Assembly: GCA_000002445.1 (NCBI GenBank)
Contig: CP000071.1
Span: forward strand, 160,001-224,000
Direction: 5' to 3'
Source: Trypanosoma brucei
Lineage: Eukaryota
Length of the DNA: 64,000 bases
The notes under the pieces were generated by a model. The model searched no databases. It was not told the origin of the DNA and worked only from the letters and a program-made list of their open reading frames with translations. The translations under genes were made by a program, and so were the position numbers. This document shows, in pieces, positions 47,159-56,700 of the stretch. The number at the start of each line of letters is the position of its first letter. Position 1 is the first letter of the stretch.

Positions 47159-48259
47159 TTAGTAACGACCCCTCCCAGAGTTCCCGCCGCGGAATCCACC
47201 TCTATTCCAGACCGCATTTGTTCCGCCTCTTCCGCTGTAAGGGGGCAGAGTGCGAGATGCATCGTTTAGGTGGTGATTTGGTGGGAAAGGATAGTTGTTT
47301 CGGCTGGAATAGGGATGAAAACCCCTATTTATTGCAGCAAACCCCCTTCCTAACAAATTGCTTGACATTCCTTGCCACTCACCCCCGCTATACAAGTACC
47401 TTTCTTCATTGGTATATCCCCTTCTCATTTCACCATTTGCTTGCCCTCTATACCCGCCACCCATGTAACCTCTTCCCCTACTTGAATACCCACCTCTCCC
47501 GTACCCTCTGTTCATTCCCAACTGATCCGCTTCATGGATTGGTTCATTATAAATGGCACCGAAACCACCTTGGGAAGAAGTGCTATTTATTCTCTGACGT
47601 CCACGTTGCCTGAAAAAACCCTGATGAACACCGCCGTACCCTCCTTCACCGTTGTAACGAAAGTAACCTCCCCGACGATATCTATGCTCATCCACGTGTT
47701 GTTCGTTGTGAAACTCGACTCCTCCCTCATGCCTAATTTTTGAAGGTCGCTCTTCGCCCTTATCGCCTCTCTTCCCAATTTTTTCCACACCATCATCAAC
47801 GCTCACAATACCTTCAACATCATAGTCACTTTCGCTGGTATTGTTTGAACTTTGCACTGATGTTTTACAAGCGGGCGCTACGCCACGAAAAGGCGGCGGC
47901 GCCATTTTCTCGAATGGGACACCACTGCAAATCTCACCACCGCAACTTGACTCACCATCCGTAACATTCTCAATAGGTTGTATATATCCAGTCACATGCA
48001 CTGAGCCGTTGCCAGTGGCGGAAAGAATAATATTCTGCTCTGCTTTAATCACAAGGTCAATCCCCATTTGCGATACATTCCTCACAGGATCAAGAGAAGC
48101 GATAGTAAATTCTTTACCCTGAAGGGAAACGACAAGAGAGACGGCATCACTTGTATTCGCAGGCACAGCAATTTGTGTGAGACGAAGTACGTTACCCTCC
48201 GGTATCTCTGGAATAACTTTCTCCCCGACGCTCACTTCAACACCGTAGAAACCCTCCAT
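47159..48259 (-). CDS. NOPP44/46-family divergent paralog: nucleoplasmin-like N-terminal domain plus Tyr/Gly/Arg-rich (RGG/YGG) C-terminal region, no long acidic tract
   Basis: 366 aa. N-terminus [58 protein letters not shown]...[11 protein letters not shown]. The C-terminus has RGG/GYG repeats and ends ...[13 protein letters not shown], identical to the array copy. Confidence 0.75.
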   Translation of the reverse strand: [366 protein letters not shown]

Positions 48260-48483
48260 TGCTGCCGATTGGAATGTAATTTATCTATCACCATTGCAAG
48301 TAAAAAATAATATAAACGAAAAAAGAAAACAAAACGGCACATGTTTCACGAAGCAGAAGGAGAATAGTCAAAAAAATTCAAAAAAAAAGATGTTAGGGCA
48401 ACGTAGCGCCATCTGGACAACCAGAAGCCGCAACTTCAGAAACTCCGAACGATCATTCTTACGATAGTAACGCTAGGAAGAAT

Positions 48484-48920
48484 TCACTCTCATCATTATC
48501 CTTTGTTATCATTATTATTCTTATTCACGCTGATTCATCGTTTATATTTTCTCTCCTTATATTACTCAACCATTTCTTTAGTGTCCTCTAACGCTGTCCA
48601 TAATTTCAAGCGCAAGAAAAACGTTGCACTACAACTGAAGGTAGAGAAATGTGGTCGCTCAAGCGGTGCATGTCAGTACAAGCACAAACATTAATAACAA
48701 TATCACAATTTCTCCATGCCTCCACGTGCAACACAACATCCGAACATGAGGGGATATATCGTCATCACACGTATCAATCATAGAACACGAGTGTAATAAG
48801 AGGTTAGCCTCGTAGTCAAATGCATAAACGGGAATAATAATGAGGCATATATCACGTATTCCATAAGATTACCCTCTCAGTTACAACAATGCGGCACATC
48901 ACATGGCACATATATCATTT
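48484..48920 (-). repeat. NOPP array intergenic repeat unit (copy 2)
   Basis: 48484-48920 is near-identical to 50146-50582 (tcactctcatcattatcctttgttatcattattattcttattcacgctg...). Confidence 0.8.
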
Positions 48921-49907
48921 TTAGTAACGACCCCTCCCAGAGTTCCCGCCACGGAAGTTGCCGCGATTCCCGCCACGGAAGTTACCACGGTTTCCTCCAC
49001 GATCCCCGCCACGGAAGTTGCCACGGTTTCCTCCACGATCTCCGCCACGGAAGTTTCCACGGTTTCCTCCGTTACCACTTCGGTCTCCGCCGCGGAAGTT
49101 TCCACGGTTTCCTCCACGGTCTCCGCCACGGAACCCTCCGCGATTACCACCGTTACCGTTTCGGTCCCCACCACGGAACCCCCCGCGATTACCACCACGG
49201 AACCCTTGTTGCTCAGTGCGTTGCACTTTACTGGCTGGCTCATCATCATCATCGTCATCATCATCATCATCATCATCATCGTCATCGTCATCGTCATTAT
49301 CATTATCATTATCATCTTCTTCATCATCGTCATCGTCATCGTCATCGTCACTGTCGTCTTCATCGTAGGCTTCATCATCATCATCATTGTCGTCTTCGTC
49401 ACCCGCGTCAATTCCTTCATTGTCCTTTTCAATACCTTCCTCGTCATCGGATTCGTCGTCTCCATCGACGCCGTCACCATTTGCTTCATCGGAATTCTCT
49501 TCGCTTACAGGAAACTTGGCAGATTTCCCTCCTCTTTTCGGGGGAACTCCGTAGGATTCCATATCTTCAGCATCCACCTCATCGAGATCATCTTCCTCAT
49601 CAAAATCACTTCCATCATCAACAGGTTGAACGTATCCAGTCAAATGCACTGAGCCAGAACCCGTGGCGGAAAGAGTGGTTCCCTGCTCTGCGGTTAACAC
49701 GAGGTCGATGCCCATTTGAAATAGGCTCCGCTTGGGGTCAAGCGTGGCAATGGTAAATTCCTTCCCCTGAAAGGATATCACAAGAGTAATAGCACCACTT
49801 GCATTCGCAGGCACAGCAATTTGTGTGAGACGAAGTACGTGGTCTTCGGGTATCTTCGGTTTGACCTTCTGCCCGGCACTCACTTCAACACCGTAGAAAC
49901 CCTCCAT
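48921..49907 (-). CDS. NOPP44/46: NOPP44/46 nucleolar phosphoprotein (nucleoplasmin-like N-terminal domain, D/E acidic tract, C-terminal RGG box)
   Basis: 328 aa. N-terminus [57 protein letters not shown]...[11 protein letters not shown]. About 60-residue D/E tract encoded by (GAT/GAC)n at nt ~49237-49420. Tandem [14 protein letters not shown] repeats ending GRGRY. Confidence 0.8.
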   Translation of the reverse strand: [328 protein letters not shown]

Positions 49908-50145
49908 TGCTGCCGATTGGAATGTAATTTATCTACCACCATTGCAAGACAAAGTCAGGTATTGCGAGGAAAGAGAGAAAAGGTTACAAACTCCAAGGGG
50001 CAAAGAGTAAAAAATACAAAAAAAAACACCGCCATCGGACAAAACACACAAAATGAAAGTGTTATTACCCAAAAGTAAGTACCAGGAAACAGATTCCATT
50101 ATATGCAAAGCGACCTATCACCTTCTTCCACATCCTCTGTCCCTC

Positions 50146-50582
50146 CCACTCTCATCATTATCCTTTGTTATCATTATTATTCTTATTCACGCTGATTCAT
50201 CGTTTATATTTTCTCTCCTTATATTACTCAACCATTTCTTTAGTGTCCTCTAACGCTGTCCATAATTTCAAGCGCAAGAAAAACGTTGCACTACAACTGA
50301 AGGTAGAGAAATGTGGTCGCTCAAGCGGTGCATGTCAGTACAAGCACAAACATTAATAACAATATCACAATTTCTCCATGCCTCCACGTGCAACACAACA
50401 TCCGAACATGAGGGGATATATCGTCATCACACGTATCAATCATAGAACACGAGTGTAATAAGAGGTTAGCCTCGTAGTCAAATGCATAAACGGGAATAAT
50501 AATGAGGCATATATCACGTATTCCATAAGATTACCCTCTCAGTTACAACAATGCGGCACATCACATGGCACATATATCATTT
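50146..50582 (-). repeat. NOPP array intergenic repeat unit (copy 3)
   Basis: Same sequence as 48484-48920. Confidence 0.8.
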
Positions 50583-50606
50583 TTAGTAACGACACCTCCC
50601 AGAGTT
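50565..50606 (-). other. 3' end (C-terminal ...[8 protein letters not shown]-stop equivalent) of a further NOPP44/46 copy, truncated by assembly gap
   Basis: The sequence atggcacatatatcatttttagtaacgacacctcccagagtt matches the 3' end and downstream flank of the copies at 47140-47180 and 48902-48942, then runs into N's at 50607-50666. Confidence 0.6.
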
Positions 50607-50666
50607 NNNNNNNNNNNNNNNNNNNNNNNNNNNNNNNNNNNNNNNNNNNNNNNNNNNNNNNNNNNN
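50607..50666. other. assembly gap (60 N)
   Basis: Run of n characters. Sequence identity to the array is lost on the far side. Confidence 0.99.
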
Positions 50667-51317
50667 ACCTTCGCACAGCCTCTGTTGGGTGGGCAAACCT
50701 CTGGCAGAAGGGAGTGGATAAGATCTCTTGCGCCACGCACATCGTCCCACGACGTACAGTGAATATTGCCTTTCTCTTCATCCGTACTGTTGGGAAACTA
50801 AGCGCCTGCGATTATATACACCAACTCTGTGACTATTGTTGTCGGCGAAGCATCCCAGAAGGAGGTTCCTCATAAAGTTAACATTCACCTACAAATACGG
50901 CACGCTAAGGTGGGTGGTGAAGAAACGGGAAGGTCCGGTGACAGTAATTTGTCTACTTTTGAGGGAAATCACCAGATGTAACCGAACCACTTTGCATCTT
51001 TGGTGGCGGAGATCCGCATGATTCAGAGAACGCCTTTCATCGGTATTTTCGTCCCCACCTATTCAAACTATGGTTTAGCTTATCATTACTGTGGAAACCT
51101 TCTCCGTCTCGTTTTTCTAGAAACAGCAGTGTACTATGCTGTGCTTTCAGCGGGACAAGAGGTGGAGGGCCAAAGTACGTACCTTTTCAATTTATACACT
51201 ACATTATCTTGCAATGTGGGATGGTCCCACCATAATACAAGTTTTCTATTGTTTTGTTGGTGTTTTCGCGGAGCAATGACGAACCTTCACTTATTTTCGC
51301 GTTTGATCTATGCTCCC

Positions 51318-53252
51318 TCAGGTTTTCCACGTTATTGTGGAAAGCCAATTTTTGTGGTGGGCAACTATTACCTGAAGGAAACCATCCTCGACCAACAACC
51401 AAGAGAGACCAGAGATGATATTCTCTAATGGCTGGTGGGGTCGGTTGCCGTTCTCCAAGTGAACATTAGCGGTGTCGCTCCCCTCCTCTCGCTCCCGGTT
51501 GTTATCTGTGTTTTGGTCCGTCTCTCTTCTTAAATCGTCGGGTGCCTCCTCGTCAAAGTGATCTGATTCGGGGGGCCCCAATGGCACGGTACTGTGTACG
51601 GCATATGATTGTAGGTTACGGTCAAGGAGAACAACCTCATTAAGAGTTGTGCTGTGGCATAGCCAGTGACGCACAAAACTTCGCTGGTATTTCGTGTGCG
51701 AAGTCTTCTGTAGAACCGGTCCTCCCTCACAAATGAATGTTAGCGCCCCACTCGTCATGTTCCGTGCTAGAACGGTGCACACAAAGGCGGGACATGTGGC
51801 ATCGTAGGCCGCCGAGTGCCTGCACCTCCTAAACTCTTTGTAGCTTTTCGAACCACTGCCATCCTCTGTTAGCTCTGTGCTCGCCAAAACGCTCATGACT
51901 TTTCCATCTAATGTGCCAACGACCGTACCTACACTCGAATAAGTGTAGGTGGCGGAGGAAATGCCGCAGAAAAATCGCTTGGGTGGTGCCAACTCATACC
52001 CACAACCACCGTTTGTAGCGGACGCACACTTCACTACGACTGCGCGATCTTCGTACGGGGAAGAGCAAATGATAACCCCGTCAAGGCACTGCGAAAAGAG
52101 ACCTGACTTTAGCCAATAAGCACCAGAAGTTTCACTAATTTCCTCACCTCTGTTACGTCGTGCAGGGAACACCGAAGCAAGACGAGTCACCGGAAAGATA
52201 GATGATACAAGACCCGTTAGTGGAATATGGTGAACTATACCCGTACATATTCCGCAATCTTCCACATGAACGACAAGCACGCCGTGTAGAAGTGTTCCAA
52301 CAACCACAAAAGGCCGGTCAAAGATCTCGTTAACATCCAGTGGTACAACATGACGTGGAAAGGAGAATGAGGAAACGCACGATAGTACATTTGCCAGCAC
52401 TCGCGGAGCAATACTTTTACACTCAACACCAGGCCCCGTATTTATGAATACCAACCTCTCTTCACAGGGGAGGGACACCACAACACAGTTAGGAATCCGG
52501 TACAACCACAGACAACGGCAGGGGATAGAACTGAAGGAGAAAGTTCCTAGGGGGGAATGCAACGTCCCCTCCGATTCCGCTATCGGTTCACCGGTGGTCA
52601 GCGACACGTTATCGTCGTGTTGGCTGCCCGATTCTGCAAAACGGCGTACCATATCATTTACCTCCTCTACGTGTTGCAGCGTGCCGATAACTAATTGGGC
52701 ACGCGGCGATTGCGATAGCTGCACCTCGTACGGCCTCGTAGGTACTTGCCAGTACACACCTGATTCAGGCGAATCATCGTCCTCACGCCTCTCTGGTATC
52801 AACGGTAGTAGAAACCGTCGTCCCTCGGTTATAATCAACGCTATTAAACGATTCCCTCTGCGAAGACGGGGATCCCCCCGAAGCTCAGTTATTGTTGTAG
52901 GACCTATGTCCCACTGGCAGTGGTCAGTCTCAGCATCCCTTTGTGGAACGCTCTCCTCGGAAACTTTGGGCCAGCACCAACTAACGGCAAATAACGGGGT
53001 GAGGGTTGGCTTCATGGTTTGACGTACCATTTTGTCAAAGAGGAAAACCTCCTCCTCCTCATCTGGCGTTTCCACGGTGCCGCCGACACCTTCTCGGAGT
53101 GCATCGGCAACTTCTTGGCGAGGACGTGGGGAAAGTTTACGTCTACTATTCCCCCGTGCTAACTCTACAACACTCTCGCCACCGGTATCCTTAGTCATTT
53201 CAGAAGTGGCATGTGACGTACCCTTCCCCTCATTCATATCGTGTAGGGACAA
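51318..53252 (-). CDS. hypothetical protein (Cys-rich, acidic N-terminus)
   Basis: 644-aa ORF in PTU orientation. I recognise no family motif. Confidence 0.45.
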   Translation of the reverse strand: MSLHDMNEGKGTSHATSEMTKDTGGESVVELARGNSRRKLSPRPRQEVADALREGVGGTVETPDEEEEVFLFDKMVRQTMKPTLTPLFAVSWCWPKVSEESVPQRDAETDHCQWDIGPTTITELRGDPRLRRGNRLIALIITEGRRFLLPLIPERREDDDSPESGVYWQVPTRPYEVQLSQSPRAQLVIGTLQHVEEVNDMVRRFAESGSQHDDNVSLTTGEPIAESEGTLHSPLGTFSFSSIPCRCLWLYRIPNCVVVSLPCEERLVFINTGPGVECKSIAPRVLANVLSCVSSFSFPRHVVPLDVNEIFDRPFVVVGTLLHGVLVVHVEDCGICTGIVHHIPLTGLVSSIFPVTRLASVFPARRNRGEEISETSGAYWLKSGLFSQCLDGVIICSSPYEDRAVVVKCASATNGGCGYELAPPKRFFCGISSATYTYSSVGTVVGTLDGKVMSVLASTELTEDGSGSKSYKEFRRCRHSAAYDATCPAFVCTVLARNMTSGALTFICEGGPVLQKTSHTKYQRSFVRHWLCHSTTLNEVVLLDRNLQSYAVHSTVPLGPPESDHFDEEAPDDLRRETDQNTDNNREREEGSDTANVHLENGNRPHQPLENIISGLSWLLVEDGFLQVIVAHHKNWLSTITWKT

Positions 53253-53735
53253 CTACTCGTGCTCGTTCAGTTTCAGCACGATACAGATATTTTATATTAC
53301 TACTCTATTTTCATGCTACGCCTCACGTGCAGAAAATTTAAAGTATACACGCGTGAAGGTAACTTACTGTCGCCTTCACAGAAAAAGAAAATGGTTTGTT
53401 CGCTCGAAGTGGTATTGTGTAGTTGAGACATTGACACATTTTAGTGAAGATACAAATATATATATATAGGTAGGTAGATATGTTCGTAGGCGTAAGGTAC
53501 ACATTAAACCTCACGCGTCAAGGCGCCTTGAACCGCAGCAGTAAGCAAAATTTATTGAAAATACAGTAAAAGTACAAGGTACAACGGAGGATCAGCAGCA
53601 AAAGACGTTCAGTGTTGGTTCACCGTCTCGCCACTGGGTTGTGCATCATGTTACTCCTCCATTTCCCATTTCCCTGGCGACGAGTGCAACCACAGTGCGC
53701 TTCTGCGGTTTCACTGATAAAACATCGGCTGCAAC

Positions 53736-56700
53736 CTACACAACTGGCGCAACCGCAACCCCAGCGAAATCTGTGTTTACTGGTGGTGCTACATTGCTGT
53801 TGAGCAACGGCGGTACAGGCAATGGCACCGGGGCAGGAACCGCAGCAACCGCGCCACCAACGGCAGAAACGAGCAGGGGGGCCGTTGCAATTTCAGGCGG
53901 CAAAGGAACAGGTGTGGGCAGTTGCTCCAGTCGCAAATTTACGGGATTAGAAGCAACTACGATGTTGTTACCTGTCGATAGCTGCGGTGACACCTGTGGA
54001 GGGAGCGGCAAACGACTCGGTGTAGCCGGCACCACTTGAACCTGTGGGGGAGAAGTTGTCGAATGAGTCGGCAAGCCTCCAACAGATTCCGGATTAAGCT
54101 GCGGTGCCACTGGCACAGGTGACTGCAAGGGCAGAATAGACGGAGCTGAGGAGTTCTCGAGTTCCCTTGTCAAGAGCGTGGGAGCCAGCGGCGTCAGCAG
54201 TGGTGTTTGCTTGTTAGGGGGTGGGTTGACTGCAACTGGTTGAATTGAGAGAGGAGTTGCAAGTGACACACCCGCTGCGGGTTTCACAACATCTAACGTA
54301 TTTTTCGAGACGGTAATTTCTTGCGCTCGCGGTGGGGACAAAGAAGCAAGAATGCGGCTTCTAACGGACATCGGGCTTGTTTGCGGCGCCACTCCAGAAA
54401 TCGACGGGGCTGATGATAGATGAACGATGTTCCCTTCTACCTGCGTACTCTTCATCTGCACCGCTTGTCTCAGAGTTGAAATATCTGAATTTAAGCTCAT
54501 AATTAATGTTTGCTTCTCCATGAGCTCTTTTTCCAATGATTTAGTAGTTGCGCAAGCTTCCAGTAACTGGTGGGTCAGTGACTCTCTCTCTTTAGTTTGG
54601 CGCGCTAGTTCAGTTTTCATCCGGTCAACTTCGCAATCTTTTTCGCGAAGCAATGCCTCCATGCTACTATTACCAACGGACAGGGCAGCAGCTGCTTGAG
54701 CCTGAAGCTGCTCACAGTGTTCCTTCCAGGACCGGGAATTTTTCTTTGCATCGTCAACCTCACCTTGCAACTCCTTCTCTCTGATCGCTGCTTCCTCAAG
54801 AAGACGTTTCAGCCGTCGTTCCTCTTCATCACGCATTCGCTGCGAGTTACTTAACCCCTCGTTTATTCCTGCAGCACGTTGCAGTGCTTCCTCCTGTTCG
54901 TGACGAAGTCTTTGGATATCGCGATCCCTGGACTGTAAGGATGCCTCAAAGTCCTGTCGCTGCTTCTCCAGTTGTTGCCTGAGTCCTAGGTTTTCCGCCG
55001 TAATTTGTGCAGCACCACATTGCTCCCGCCGTAACTCTTCAACAACACCTTGAAGTTCTTTTGCGGTACGGTCCTTCTCCGAAAGGCGCTGACTCCACAT
55101 CCGCTCGCTTTCACGTCTCACTTCCTCAATTTTCTCTCGTTGTTGTGCTAACTCCCGCTTTGTCATCTCCAGTTGTCTCTCAGACTCACGAAGTTGTTTC
55201 ACCACTTGTCCCTTTTCCCCCTCTAAAATCCGGCGAGCCTCTTCGTGGTGTTCATTCATTCGTTTGTAAACCGATTCAAAGTCTCTGGACAGTTCGTGTG
55301 CTGCAGTGCTGTCAGCGTTGTGCATGTCCCCACGCATACGCTGAATCTCACCTTCATGGGCCGCTTTGGCACGTGCAATTTCATCAACTAACTCTTGCTT
55401 CTCCTCACGTAACACACGTAATTCCGCACTCTGCTTAGCCGATAATGACTCGAGCTCACCCTGCAAAGTGTGAAGTGCATTCCGTGCTTCACCAGCTGTC
55501 CGTTCGGAATCCGTAGCACGTCGTTCCAAACGTTGCTGGGACGCCAATGCGTCTTGTAGCTGCTTCCTAACAGTACGCAACTCCTCTCGCAGCCGAGCCT
55601 CCTCTGAAGCAGCCGCTGTTGCTGCCGCTGCCTTCGTCCTCCATTGCTGAATATCCGCTTCAGCCTCTCGCTGCCGTTGCTGTTGTTCTTCCAATGTCCT
55701 TTCGAGCATCCTCAGCTGTGAATTGCACCTCTCTTCGTCCTCAGTTCGCATCCTCTCGTGCGTATTGTTGATGCGCCGCAGTTCCTCTTCAAACCACCGT
55801 TTCATGCTCAGCTTGTCATCCTCAAATGTACGTTGTAGTACTTCCACAGTCTTCCGATGCACGTCTGCAAGGGCCTCCTCTGACGACCGTGATTTTGAAC
55901 AAGATTCCTGTTTTTGTCGCACTTCGTTTAGTTGATTCACTACCTGGGAAAATATTTCCCGTGCTTCTGCAGCTTGCTGTTCACTCCTAGCTATCATTTG
56001 CCGTTTGGATTCTATGTCGTGACGCAGTGCGGCTATTTCGCTCTTGTAGGACTGGTGTAGCTGGTTTGCCTCCGCTCGGTATTCGCGTTCGCGCTCACGC
56101 ATCTCATTACATATTCGCTCCACCATCACATTGGTCGCGCTCTTCACGGTTTGCTCCACAACGTTGTGGCACTCCGATATCTCCTTTTGGCTTTGTATTC
56201 GTACCTCTGACTCCTCACGCAACCGTTGCATTGCCCTTTCATGTTGTCGCTCACGCATTCGCTCTTCCTCTTCAATATGCCGGCGTCGTTCACGCTCTAA
56301 CTCCCTCGCCCGCTCGTGCTTCCATTCTTCCAGTTCCCTTTCCTGTGCAAGGAGACGCTGTCGTTGTTCCTCTTCCCGTTTCGCACGCGACTCCTCCAGT
56401 TGTCTGGCGGTTTCGATTAGCGATTGCTGCTCCTCTTCCCGCTCATATCGCCGAGTGCGCTCTTCTTCCATACGTCGACGAGCCTCCTCTGCACGACAGA
56501 GTTGGTTATACTCATCTCGTATCTGAAACTCACGTTGAAGCAGTAAGGCCTCAGGGGTCCCTACGTTCGAGTAACCGGCACAAGTTCCCGTGCCGAGGGT
56601 AAAGAGAACGCATTTGCTGAACCCCAGCCGGCTACCGGACGCCATACGGTACGGTAGGTTTTCGCCCTGCATTCCAATGGGTGGCATAGGCTTATTCAAA

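Noticed and set aside
48958-49368. Plus-strand ORF with PRFPPRKLPRFPP repeats and poly-Ser
   Set aside because: It is the reverse complement and alternative frame of the RGG-box and acidic-tract coding repeats of NOPP44/46. It is a repeat artefact, not a gene.
48899-49489. Minus-strand ORF starting MKQMVTASMETTNPMTRKVLKRTMKELTRVTKTTMMMMMKPTMKTTVTMTMTMTMMKK (alternative frame). The similar MTMTMTKMRKMMKM ORF at 44574-44912 is the same kind of artefact.
   Set aside because: Alternative reading frame of the (GAT)n acidic-tract repeat, which overlaps the real NOPP CDS.
46615-50582. Tandem direct repeats considered as a possible CRISPR or mobile-element array
   Set aside because: The repeat units are ~1.7-kb protein-coding gene units (NOPP44/46 family) in a eukaryotic context. 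There are no short repeat-spacer structures, no terminal inverted repeats and no transposase.
56027-56602. 191-aa and 131-aa plus-strand ORFs
   Set aside because: Antisense to the coiled-coil gene. The Arg/Ser-rich frames are generated by the GAG/CGC-rich coiled-coil coding sequence.
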